Part shown: piece by piece, positions 63,761 to 64,000 of the stretch
How the letters are laid out: every line of letters begins with the position of its first letter
Numbering within the stretch: the first letter of the stretch is position 1
Source of the DNA: Raillietiella orientalis
Taxonomy: Eukaryota
Length of the DNA stretch: 64,000 nucleotides
Assembly (NCBI GenBank): GCA_036172245.1
Contig: JAYWIR010000059.1
Span: 1 to 64,000 of the forward strand
Direction of reading: 5' to 3'
The notes under the pieces: model-generated
What the model saw: only the letters and a program-made list of their open reading frames with translations
Told to the model about the DNA's origin: nothing
The model's database searches: none
Program-made: the position numbers and the translations under genes

Positions 63761-64000
63761 GAAATTCCTGTTAACACGGACGTGTTGCTTTTCCTTTGCT
63801 CGTGGCAGTCCTCGATCCCTTGGATCCCACGCCGGTCCACTCCCGCAGATCGATCCTCTCCGTGCCGAGATGCAAGAACGATGCGCGCGCGCGGTTCGCC
63901 GCCACCGCCGCTCAGGAAGGTAATCGCGCTCCTGTCCTTCCCGAGAAGTCCCATCCGCGGGAAGGACGGAATGCCGCGGGCGTTGTCGGCATAAAGATGC

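Overview
Eukaryotic nuclear DNA, most likely an arthropod (inferred from the invertebrate mitochondrial code and J/N-strand layout of two NUMTs); it is not prokaryotic, and I see no CRISPR array or operon. The AT-rich left third holds a duplicated, decayed Cys-rich gene, two degenerate tandem arrays and three intact minus-strand genes with very short introns: a TCTN2-like tectonic, STEEP1/CXorf56 and TTC19. TTC19 and STEEP1 are only 50 nt apart. The middle is mostly decayed insertions: LINE (L1/Tx1-like and NeSL/Utopia-like) remnants, a processed LZTR1 pseudogene fragment, a Tigger/pogo deletion derivative, a foldback element and NUMTs. GC content climbs steeply to the right, ending in a GC3-saturated SLC35G1-like transporter with an intronless CDS. 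The best candidate for something undescribed is the TTC19-STEEP1 arrangement, which may be bicistronic, share a leader exon, or be trans-spliced. All calls come from manual reading and remembered family motifs; no searches were run.
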